Virus record (IMG/VR): IMGVR_UViG_2595698455_000001
Location: 88,428 to 152,427 of that record
Length of the DNA stretch: 64,000 bases
Reading direction: 5' to 3' (one strand)
DNA from: a virus
Taxonomy: Duplodnaviria > Caudoviricetes
Of the stretch, positions 41,380 to 49,370 are shown in pieces. The notes beneath the pieces are model-generated. The model had not been told where the DNA came from. It did no database searches and was given only the letters and a program-made list of their open reading frames with translations. Made by a program: the position numbers and the translations under genes. How positions within the stretch are numbered: position 1 is the first letter of the stretch; each line of letters opens with the position of its first letter.

Positions 41380-41565
41380 ATGATGAAATCATTCAGTGAT
41401 TATCTCAATGAATGTAACGACGAGCCGATGGTTGAGTTCGTCGAAAAGCGCGGTGACAAGTGGGTTGTTCTTGACCACACTAAGACGAAGGTTCTTGGTA
41501 CACATGACACCAAAGCTGGCGCTGATTCCCAATTAAAGGCGATCGAAGCGAATAAGTACGAATAA
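41380..41565 (+). CDS. Small protein with capsid-targeting-like leader
   Basis: MKSFSDYLNE leader; CTAAATA at 41343. Confidence 0.7.
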   Translation: MMKSFSDYLNECNDEPMVEFVEKRGDKWVVLDHTKTKVLGTHDTKAGADSQLKAIEANKYE

Positions 41566-41566
41566 A

Positions 41567-41643
41567 GATGGTGTAGTTCAGTTGGTTAGAACGTGCGACT
41601 CATAATCGCTTTGTCACTGGTTCAAGTCCTGCCGCCATCGCCA
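41567..41643 (+). tRNA. tRNA with CAT anticodon (Met or Ile2)
   Basis: Cloverleaf, GCGA-CTCATAA-TCGC anticodon arm, GGTTCAAGT, CCA end; T-stem imperfect. Confidence 0.88.
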
Positions 41644-41650
41644 GAATTAT

Positions 41651-41781
41651 GTCGGGTCTTACAGGATGAAATAGAGATCCTGTTTTGATGTACAAGGAAG
41701 CATATTATTCAAAGTGAACATATGATAGCTTTGAAGAAATGCAAACTAAAGATTAGGGTTTGAATCCCTCGCCCGACGGCA
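41651..41781 (+). ncRNA. 131-nt tRNA-like RNA, possibly degenerate
   Basis: GTCGGGT/GCCCGAC acceptor, AGGG-TTTGAAT-CCCT T-arm-like, ends GGCA. Confidence 0.6.
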
Positions 41782-41787
41782 AATAAT

Positions 41788-41892
41788 GGGTGTGAAACGA
41801 AAGCAAGTAAGCACGAAGTAAGCCAGCGACAGTCCTGTGTGACAGCTCCAGAGCCGAACGGAATCTGAACCCGACGAAAGTAACACCCACCA
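41788..41892 (+). ncRNA. 105-nt ACCA-terminated RNA
   Basis: GGGTGT/ACACCC terminal stem plus ACCA. Confidence 0.55.
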
Positions 41893-41960
41893 GTTTCAGA
41901 GTGTAAGAGCTGCAGTAGGTGCACCCCTGCGGATTGCTACACCGTACACTCTGATTCAAA

Positions 41961-42035
41961 TCTACTGTCACGTGGATTGGCTGAGGAAGGATGGCCGATG
42001 TCCTCGAGCGTGACCCAGCACGTGGCGGTAGACCA
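41961..42035 (+). ncRNA. 75-nt CCA-terminated RNA with a 13-14 bp terminal helix
   Basis: TCTACTGTCACGTG/CACGTGGCGGTAGA plus CCA. Confidence 0.6.
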
Positions 42036-42361
42036 AACACGGTAAGCGTTGCAGCCAGCTGTGTATAGGCCAGAAGGCACTGGTCGCCTTAACAGGCAGA
42101 TGAAATGCTCAATCGGGTGTGAAGCCCGTCCTTATTACGCTCGGTCAAGCAGTCTGTTTGTAGACGGTCGGTAAAGGTTTTGCAAGACCTAAACTGGCTA
42201 TCAAACGGATGAGGCGCGACTCTCTGGGTTGATCACCAGAGTACTGAGGTTCAACTCCCACTCACCCAGCCCAGATGGAATGGGTCCATCATCGCAAATC
42301 AGTGTTAGGGTAGTACCAGTGCAAAGTGTGTAGTCATTCAACCCATCCTCAACGATGTGGT

Positions 42362-42391
42362 AAGCCGGATATGGAAATCCGGCTTTCTTTT
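42362..42391 (+). terminator. Terminator closing the RNA island
   Basis: AAGCCGGAT..ATCCGGCTT followed by T-run. Confidence 0.8.
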
Positions 42392-42432
42392 GTCCGGTAT
42401 AAATAGATCTGAACTTGTACAGGAGGTGTATC

Positions 42433-42669
42433 ATGGCAACAGCCAAGTTTACTCTGAGTACAGGTACATGGACACAAGTCTCAGATGGCACATCATTGAA
42501 AACAATACAAGTGACTCAGGGTTCTGTGTATTTGTGCGACAGCCCAACCACGCCGAGTGCTTCCTCTCCGGCCCATACACTCTATCAAGGCAATATCGTT
42601 GTACTCACCCCACCAACAGTCGGATGGGTTAAGAGTGCGTCTTCTGCTTCCTCTATCATCGTGTCCTAG
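42433..42669 (+). CDS. Small Ser/Thr-rich, probably virion protein
   Basis: TATAAATA upstream, AGGAGG RBS. Confidence 0.75.
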   Translation: MATAKFTLSTGTWTQVSDGTSLKTIQVTQGSVYLCDSPTTPSASSPAHTLYQGNIVVLTPPTVGWVKSASSASSIIVS

Positions 42670-42677
42670 GAGGAGTC

Positions 42678-43196
42678 ATGGCCATTCTACCTTCTCCTTA
42701 CCTGGGTAATATGCTCCAGACACACCGCATCAAAGTTGAAGTGAGGTTCTCTGGACTCACGGCGGCTTTGCCTGCTGGAGCGACTGGTGTTGATCTCTTA
42801 ACGTTGTTGGATGGCAAAACACCACATCCTGCTTCCGTGACTGGGTTAGCCCCTTTCTTCAAATTGTCGGATCACAAGTTCCATGCATTTCCGGTCGATT
42901 CCATCTTGCCTGTCAAGGTGAACATCATCGGGACATGGTCTGGGTCGACATCCAACCGAACAATGTTGCTGGACTTTGTCGGCTCCACTGGCAACCAGTT
43001 GTCAAAGAGCCGCGATTCCAGTTTACCGCCTCCGGACGTTCTCTCTTTCATCACGTTCTTCAGTGTTGACAAGGCAGGGAACCTCGTGACCAACGGGGCA
43101 CAGATGAAGTTGAACTCTTATGGTGGTGATTTCACTATCAACGAGATCATTTTGATCGCTGAGCAGGTTGTCCCTCTCTACATGAACACCATCTAA
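42678..43196 (+). CDS. Hypothetical, probably virion protein
   Basis: AGGAG RBS; same late unit. Confidence 0.75.
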   Translation: MAILPSPYLGNMLQTHRIKVEVRFSGLTAALPAGATGVDLLTLLDGKTPHPASVTGLAPFFKLSDHKFHAFPVDSILPVKVNIIGTWSGSTSNRTMLLDFVGSTGNQLSKSRDSSLPPPDVLSFITFFSVDKAGNLVTNGAQMKLNSYGGDFTINEIILIAEQVVPLYMNTI

Positions 43197-43266
43197 TTTG
43201 TTCAATGATTCAAAGGGGTTTAAAATTTAACCGTTAAACCCCTATCATTGATTTGAGGATACACCA

Positions 43267-43854
43267 ATGCGTAATGTTTCTATCTGGGTCAACGAAGCCG
43301 AATGGCATGAACTGACAACTCCCATCTGTATTCGTCTGTTCGAGTACAAAGGCAACAAGCGAACTCTGAATGAGTTTTTGTCGCCGAATTATATCCATCG
43401 TGGTTCCCAGCTGGCTCCGCGTGATCTGAACCAGCCTGGTGAATGCACATCCTTTGACCTCGACGTGAAGGGTCAGGTTGTGCTCATGGGTTACTCTGGT
43501 ATCACCGCTGCCGAAGAAGGCAATGGTCAGCCGTTCATGATCTTCCATTCATTTGAACGTGCCGTGCACTGGCTGGTTAAGAACGGATACGATTTCCACG
43601 GTGATGAGAGCGCAACGCGCCGCTGTCGTAAAGTCGTCGCCGTGGATCTGGACGCCGCGAATCAGAAGTATCAGGCCATGGCACGTGAGTATGAAAGGTC
43701 TCTGGTCAAACCTGTCAGTGTGCAAGGGAATGTAGTTGTTCATGATCAGGGCGCTCCAGTCAAGCCTGCCAGTTCTATCCCGGTGCCTGAGTCTAAAAAG
43801 CCCGTCGAGCACAAATCGTTCTTCCGCCGCCTGCTGGATTTCCTGACCAAGTAA
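43267..43854 (+). CDS. Hypothetical protein
   Basis: GAGGA RBS; TTCAAT-N14-TAAAAT promoter at 43201. Confidence 0.75.
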   Translation: MRNVSIWVNEAEWHELTTPICIRLFEYKGNKRTLNEFLSPNYIHRGSQLAPRDLNQPGECTSFDLDVKGQVVLMGYSGITAAEEGNGQPFMIFHSFERAVHWLVKNGYDFHGDESATRRCRKVVAVDLDAANQKYQAMAREYERSLVKPVSVQGNVVVHDQGAPVKPASSIPVPESKKPVEHKSFFRRLLDFLTK

Positions 43855-43923
43855 GCCGAGATTCTCCTTTTCTATACTCCTGTGGATACGCTATGATAAG
43901 CCAATGTCTACAGGAGAAATAGA

Positions 43924-45531
43924 ATGAACAAGATATGCATTTGCTGCGGCGAGGCGTTTGAAACAAATAGAAATGCCGACAAATATTGCTCACCCACTTG
44001 CATGCAATTCTTTATGAACCAAAAGGAATATCTGACAGAAGAAATAAGGTCTGAGTTGAGTGTTGGTGACCACAGAGAATGGGTTAATAAAAATTTTATC
44101 AGTTCCGGCCTTATCAAAGTCAGATTCTTGTCACACAGGCTTACCAAATTATTTTACGGTGTTGACATCGAAAAGGAAGTGAATTCCTTTCCCCATAGCC
44201 CCAGATGCAACATACAACAAAAATGGTTCGCCTGGCTTTATGAAATTAAGCACAACGGGTGCGTTGTTTGTGGTGAGCCTGTGCAATTTCATGAAACTTC
44301 ATATAGGAAATTCTGCTCCAACAAATGTATGAATAAATCTATGGCGATTGGAGGCGTGCACAGGCATACATTAAATTCAGCCATAGAAGAAAAATATGGC
44401 GAGCACCCCATGAGGCAAGAACACATAAAAAATAAATTAAGAAATGTATTCTTGGAAAAATATGGGGTTCCGAGTAATTTATGTCTTGAGTCCAACAAAA
44501 TAGCAGCCAGGCAAACATTGTTTGAACGTTACGGAGCATACCATCCCCTGCAATCTCCCATTATCATGAGTAAATTGGAAGAAACCAATATGTCTCGTTA
44601 CGGCGTTCCTCATGTTCTTTGTAAAGGTAGTCCAATATGTGAACTTGCTCTTGAAAGAATGAGATATTCGTTGTCCGGGGGTTCCTCAGCAGAATTGGAG
44701 TTGGGGGTGTTTTTGAAAGAAATGGGGGTGGGATACGAGGCTTCAAACCGGTCTGTTCTTTCTGGAAAGGAATTGGACATCTACTGTCCGGGGCATAAAC
44801 TGGCAATTGAGTTCAATGGGCTGTATTGGCATTGTGAACATAGGAAAGTGGGTAAAGACTATCATCTAGAGAAGGTCGAGGCATGTGAAGCCCAGGGCAT
44901 CCAGTTAATCCACATCTGGGAAGATGAGTGGACCAACAAAATGGATGTTGTGAAGGATATGTTGTCGGCTAAAATGGGACTGAATAGACCCAGTTCTTAC
45001 GCAAGGCAAATGTCAACTAAAGAATATGTTTATTCCGAAGTTTTTGAGTTTCTTGAACAACACCATATACAGGGGGCTGTGATCGCCAGCCACTATATTG
45101 GGTTGTCGGACAAACAAGGCGAAATACAGGCGGTGATGTTGTTCACCAAACGGGCGCATGGTATAGAACTGGTGAGATTTGCTTCCAACAACTGCCACGG
45201 CGCTTTCAGCAAACTACTGTCTCACGCTATAAAATACTGTCTGGATCCGAACCAGAAGATATATTCGTTTGGTGATCGCTGTGTTGTAAGCAGATTGAAA
45301 AATGTTTACCTACACAACGGGTTTGTTGAAAAAGAAGTTCTTCCCCCGGATTACAAGTATGTTGTGAACAACTTCACGAAGAGGGATCATAAATTCAACT
45401 GGCGTAAAGAGAAGTTTAAATCCCTGGGGTATGATGTTGACGGCAAGACTGAAGATATGTTGGCTTTAGAACATGGCATTAGTAAGATATGGGGTTGTGG
45501 GCTAATCCGTTATGAGTATGAAGGAAAATAG
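43924..45531 (+). CDS. Hef-like free-standing homing endonuclease, paralog 3
   Basis: Same architecture, four YG repeats, ELDIYCPGHKLAIEFNGLYWH. Confidence 0.8.
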   Translation: MNKICICCGEAFETNRNADKYCSPTCMQFFMNQKEYLTEEIRSELSVGDHREWVNKNFISSGLIKVRFLSHRLTKLFYGVDIEKEVNSFPHSPRCNIQQKWFAWLYEIKHNGCVVCGEPVQFHETSYRKFCSNKCMNKSMAIGGVHRHTLNSAIEEKYGEHPMRQEHIKNKLRNVFLEKYGVPSNLCLESNKIAARQTLFERYGAYHPLQSPIIMSKLEETNMSRYGVPHVLCKGSPICELALERMRYSLSGGSSAELELGVFLKEMGVGYEASNRSVLSGKELDIYCPGHKLAIEFNGLYWHCEHRKVGKDYHLEKVEACEAQGIQLIHIWEDEWTNKMDVVKDMLSAKMGLNRPSSYARQMSTKEYVYSEVFEFLEQHHIQGAVIASHYIGLSDKQGEIQAVMLFTKRAHGIELVRFASNNCHGAFSKLLSHAIKYCLDPNQKIYSFGDRCVVSRLKNVYLHNGFVEKEVLPPDYKYVVNNFTKRDHKFNWRKEKFKSLGYDVDGKTEDMLALEHGISKIWGCGLIRYEYEGK

Positions 45532-45532
45532 A

Positions 45533-46723
45533 ATGAAAACCATCTTTGATATATTGTCTTTAAGACGTGATCTTATACACTGGGAAGATTATCTATATAA
45601 ACACACCTCGTGTGAACTCGTTGCCAATCCTGAAACCAACCAGCAGGTCTGGTTCAAACGTGAAGATTACTTTGCGCCGCTGTCCAACTACGTGAACGGT
45701 CAGCAGGGAATCAATGGCAGCAAACTCCGTCAGGCTATCTGGCTCATGGTTGAGCATCTGAAGGCCGGAGGCTCTCCCGATATTATTCATGGGACCGTGG
45801 TTGGTTCACCCCAGTCCCCGATGGCAACCGCAGTCTCTCGGCACTTCGGCGGCAAGACAACCACTGTACTCGGAGCGACCAAACCAACCACTTGCATGAG
45901 CCACGGCATGGTGGAGATGAGTGCATGGTTTGGTAGTGAGTTCAACTTCGTTGGCTCGGGCTACAATAGCACCATCCAGCCGCGCTGTAAGAAGCTCATT
46001 GAGCAGACCAACCGGAAGGCATACTATCTGGAGTATGGGATAACCCTGGATCATACAGCGCATTCCCCTGAACGAATCGCAGGATTCCATATGCTAGGCG
46101 GTGAACAGGTTGCCAACATCCCGGACCATATCACCGACCTGATCATCCCGGCTGGTTCATGTAACTCATGCACGAGCATCCTGACCGGATTGGCAATGCA
46201 TCCGAAGCCTAATCTGAAGCGTGTCTATCTGATTGGCATCGGTCCGAACCGCCTGGACTTTATTGAGAGCCGCCTGCGCATCATTGGCAAGCAAGCCAAT
46301 CTGCCTCACATTGTCGACTTCACTCGTCGCTATCACGACAACCCAGACTATGTGCACGGCAAGAAGGAGCTTCAGCATGCCTCTAAGAGCGTTTCGCTGG
46401 CTGGCCTCCTAAGTGGTATCAGGCAGAAGGATGAGCCAGAGATAACGCTTCCTCGCTTTGAGGTACACCATTGGGATCTTCACACCACTAATTGGGTTCG
46501 TTACAATGACCTGATGGATTATCAGTGGGGTGATATTGAGCTGCATCCGCGCTATGAAGGCAAGGTCATGACCTGGATCCAACAACACAAGCCAGAGCTG
46601 CTCAACGAGAACACTCTGTTCTGGATTGTAGGCAGCAAACCGTACATCGAGCCAATGAAGGCAGCATGCCCTGAACTGGCTATCCCTGAAGCAGTACCCG
46701 TAAACGGCTTCACCCCTTCCTGA
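45533..46723 (+). CDS. PLP-dependent enzyme of thymidine hypermodification (ViI-type decarboxylase)
   Basis: WFKREDYF..NGSKLRQ, IIPAGSCNS, YEGKV, LFWIVG (PLP fold II); context. Confidence 0.82.
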   Translation: MKTIFDILSLRRDLIHWEDYLYKHTSCELVANPETNQQVWFKREDYFAPLSNYVNGQQGINGSKLRQAIWLMVEHLKAGGSPDIIHGTVVGSPQSPMATAVSRHFGGKTTTVLGATKPTTCMSHGMVEMSAWFGSEFNFVGSGYNSTIQPRCKKLIEQTNRKAYYLEYGITLDHTAHSPERIAGFHMLGGEQVANIPDHITDLIIPAGSCNSCTSILTGLAMHPKPNLKRVYLIGIGPNRLDFIESRLRIIGKQANLPHIVDFTRRYHDNPDYVHGKKELQHASKSVSLAGLLSGIRQKDEPEITLPRFEVHHWDLHTTNWVRYNDLMDYQWGDIELHPRYEGKVMTWIQQHKPELLNENTLFWIVGSKPYIEPMKAACPELAIPEAVPVNGFTPS

Positions 46724-46762
46724 TCTCTCCTAAATACCCCATACAATCCGTGTGGGGTATCT

Positions 46763-47221
46763 ATGAAAACCTTCCTGCAATACCTACAAGAATCAGAACA
46801 TCCTGTGTTCGGCAACCTTTTGCTGTATCATGGGTCTAATTGTGAATTCGATGAGTTCGACTTCAAGCGCTTCGGTCAGACAGACTGCGGTACGCTCGGT
46901 CCTGGCTTCTATCTGACTGGGTTAGAAGAAGAGGCACAGCGTTATGCAGACAACGCTGTCCGATATCGACAGGAAGGGGAACCCCACGTGATGAGTTTCC
47001 GTGTTCGCCTCAACAACCCTATTGTTCTGGATTCCAACAATGCCTCGGCCTGGGAAGACCGGATGAGGGAACTTGGCATAGAACCAGGAAAGGTTCACGA
47101 CAATGCAAAAGAGTTGATGGCTCAGGGCTATGACTCCGTCATCATTATTGATCCAGCGGCTCTGCCTATGGTGAGGGAAGTTGTCGTGTACAAACCAGGC
47201 CTCGCCAAGCGGGAAGCCTAA
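46763..47221 (+). CDS. ADP-ribosyltransferase-like protein with capsid-targeting-like leader
   Basis: LYHGS..F..F..LGPGFYLT..A.RYA..GYDSVI..EVVVY; MKTFLQYLQE leader. Confidence 0.7.
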   Translation: MKTFLQYLQESEHPVFGNLLLYHGSNCEFDEFDFKRFGQTDCGTLGPGFYLTGLEEEAQRYADNAVRYRQEGEPHVMSFRVRLNNPIVLDSNNASAWEDRMRELGIEPGKVHDNAKELMAQGYDSVIIIDPAALPMVREVVVYKPGLAKREA

Positions 47222-47256
47222 ATACCCCATATGGCTAACCCACTGAGGAACCCAAC

Positions 47257-47715
47257 ATGCCAACCTCCAAATTATTTGAATCAGAACACACCAATGACAT
47301 CCCTGTATGGACTGGTGTTCAAGATGGTATCACGATTGAGCTATTTGATCGTGAAGAGACGGGTGCGGAAGAGATCTATGCAGGCGTTGAAGGTACGGAC
47401 GTCGTTCGTGCTGCAGTAGCCCTGGCAACCTTCCTGGAAGATGCGCCGATTGATGGCGTCCCCTTCGAGGCGCACGTAGATCCCGAGGATCCAACGTCTG
47501 TTGTCATCACGGTGAATGGAGTGCCATACACTTCATACAGCATCGAGACGGACGAAGAGGGCAGTGGAGCGCTGTATATTGCCACTGACCTGCAGCTGGA
47601 AGATGACGAGATGGATTATCTGATTCAGAATGGGGTGCTGCCGCCGTTCACTGATGAAGATCTGGACACTGAACTGGCCGCCGTCGGGGACGATGACGAC
47701 TTCTGGGAAGAATAA
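47257..47715 (+). CDS. Highly acidic hypothetical protein
   Basis: CTAAATACCCC late motif, GAGGA RBS. Confidence 0.75.
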   Translation: MPTSKLFESEHTNDIPVWTGVQDGITIELFDREETGAEEIYAGVEGTDVVRAAVALATFLEDAPIDGVPFEAHVDPEDPTSVVITVNGVPYTSYSIETDEEGSGALYIATDLQLEDDEMDYLIQNGVLPPFTDEDLDTELAAVGDDDDFWEE

Positions 47716-47716
47716 G

Positions 47717-47739
47717 AAAAGGGGCGTTAAGCCCCTTTC
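47717..47739. terminator. Bidirectional terminator
   Basis: AAAAGGGGC-gttaa-GCCCCTTTT. Confidence 0.75.
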
Positions 47740-47740
47740 T

Positions 47741-48115
47741 TCATTTCACTTCTCCTTCGTTACCATGTTCAGCAAAGGAAAATGCCAGTTCGTGGGGAAG
47801 CCATTTGACAGCGATACCTTCCTCTAGCATGGAATCATTAACATACTGAGCGAACATCCGGCGGAACCTTTCGTTACTAGCCTCTGAAGGAGTGATTTTG
47901 GCCTCAGAGAGAATTTGCACCAGATTACCCACGACTCGATTCCCGAGGTCATAGCGGATTTCTGTAATATCGTCCACCCGGTTCACATGTACCATCAGGT
48001 GCGCTCGCAACAGCTTCACCATGATTATTCCGGCACGGACGTGTGGTTCGAATTTCTTAAACTCACGACGGGCTTCCAGCGCTTCGCGCATCATGTCTGC
48101 CAAATTCTTATTCAT
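47741..48115 (-). CDS. Hypothetical protein
   Basis: 124-aa ORF in a minus-strand unit. Confidence 0.7.
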   Translation of the reverse strand: MNKNLADMMREALEARREFKKFEPHVRAGIIMVKLLRAHLMVHVNRVDDITEIRYDLGNRVVGNLVQILSEAKITPSEASNERFRRMFAQYVNDSMLEEGIAVKWLPHELAFSFAEHGNEGEVK

Positions 48116-48116
48116 G

Positions 48117-48677
48117 TTACTTCACCTTGCGAGTTGGATATTGGTTAAAGAGTTTGCCCAGCTTGGACACATTGATGATCGTCTGAGTCTTCCAGCGCTG
48201 GGTTCCTTCCGGAGTGGTCACGGTCAGGATTGAATATCCCCAAACATGGGAACCGTCGAGTTCAGCCGCGCTGTGGCTGCCAATCTTGTCTTCCAGTTTA
48301 CAGATGAAAGACTCGTATTGGTGGGCAGCGTTGCGGCGGGCTTTCTTGATGAACAGGCGCTGACGCTCTGGATCAGCTTTGACGATATCCGGTGCGCCTG
48401 GAATATAAGAAGGATTCACTGCCTGCGTCAACGAACGGTAGAGGGTGTGTTTTGACTTCAGGCGGTTGTAATCGGGATCACCGAACTTAACACCAGTAGA
48501 GGAAGGCCAAGGAGCGCACTTCTCAACGTCCCAGCCGTTGGCAGCCAGGTCATCCATCACGTTCTTGACAGTCAGGCGAGTCTTATGATCGCCCAGCTGT
48601 GTCTGTTCATAAATCCTTCCGCGCACTATCGTCGCCCCGCCTTGGGTGACGAGCAATCTCTTGTTTACCACTTTCAT
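48117..48677 (-). CDS. Hypothetical protein
   Basis: TQTIINVSKLGKLFNQYPTR C-terminal motif. Confidence 0.7.
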   Translation of the reverse strand: MKVVNKRLLVTQGGATIVRGRIYEQTQLGDHKTRLTVKNVMDDLAANGWDVEKCAPWPSSTGVKFGDPDYNRLKSKHTLYRSLTQAVNPSYIPGAPDIVKADPERQRLFIKKARRNAAHQYESFICKLEDKIGSHSAAELDGSHVWGYSILTVTTPEGTQRWKTQTIINVSKLGKLFNQYPTRKVK

Positions 48678-48718
48678 TCCCTAACACCAAAAGAAAGGGG
48701 AGTTTCCTCCCCTTGAAC

Positions 48719-49291
48719 TTATTTCTTCAGATCAGGCCACGCACCAGAGGTCGCAGTAGACCCAGCTGGGGGAGTAGACTCAAGATCGGGAGCACCCGAC
48801 TGAGTAACAACAGTGGGATCCTTCTGTACGATTTTGACCCCAAACTGCTTGAGAGCATCCACAGCTTGGGCTTTTCGCCCGTTGCTTTTGTAGTGGTTGT
48901 AGCCTTTGATACCGAATGATGCACTAATTGCTGTCAATAATGAATAGGTATACCATTCAGGTGCGGTATCGAGCGCCTGGAGGCCACCGATTACTGCTTT
49001 GATGAAATCCCCTTTATGATACTCACCAGGGAACAGAATTAGTTCCACAACCGGAGCAGTCATGACGAGGATAGCGGGTACAGCCAGCACGATAGTCCAG
49101 AACTCATCTTTCCACGAACCACCGACTTCAGTGATCTTAGAGAGTTCCCAATCAGAGGAGGACTTGATGGCCTCCAGCTTGACATCGTGTTTGGCCTGAA
49201 CAACTTCCCGCTTATATTGGATCAAATCAGTCCCGAGGTTCCAGAGTTGCTTGAGCGCCCCTGGGATCATACCTACGAAGGGGATTGCCAT
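48719..49291 (-). CDS. Holin-like membrane protein
   Basis: SWKDEFWTIV..PEWY..AISASFG; multiple TM segments. Confidence 0.6.
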   Translation of the reverse strand: MAIPFVGMIPGALKQLWNLGTDLIQYKREVVQAKHDVKLEAIKSSSDWELSKITEVGGSWKDEFWTIVLAVPAILVMTAPVVELILFPGEYHKGDFIKAVIGGLQALDTAPEWYTYSLLTAISASFGIKGYNHYKSNGRKAQAVDALKQFGVKIVQKDPTVVTQSGAPDLESTPPAGSTATSGAWPDLKK

Positions 49292-49370
49292 AATAAACTC
49301 CTTGGTCAATGAATGGCTCTATGGTTAAATATGCCCACGTGCTAACGGCACGGATAACCTGGAGAATTAC

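Noticed and set aside
40740-42491. Short ORFs across the RNA island (other than 41380-41565)
   Set aside because: No convincing RBS, atypical composition, overlap structured RNA elements
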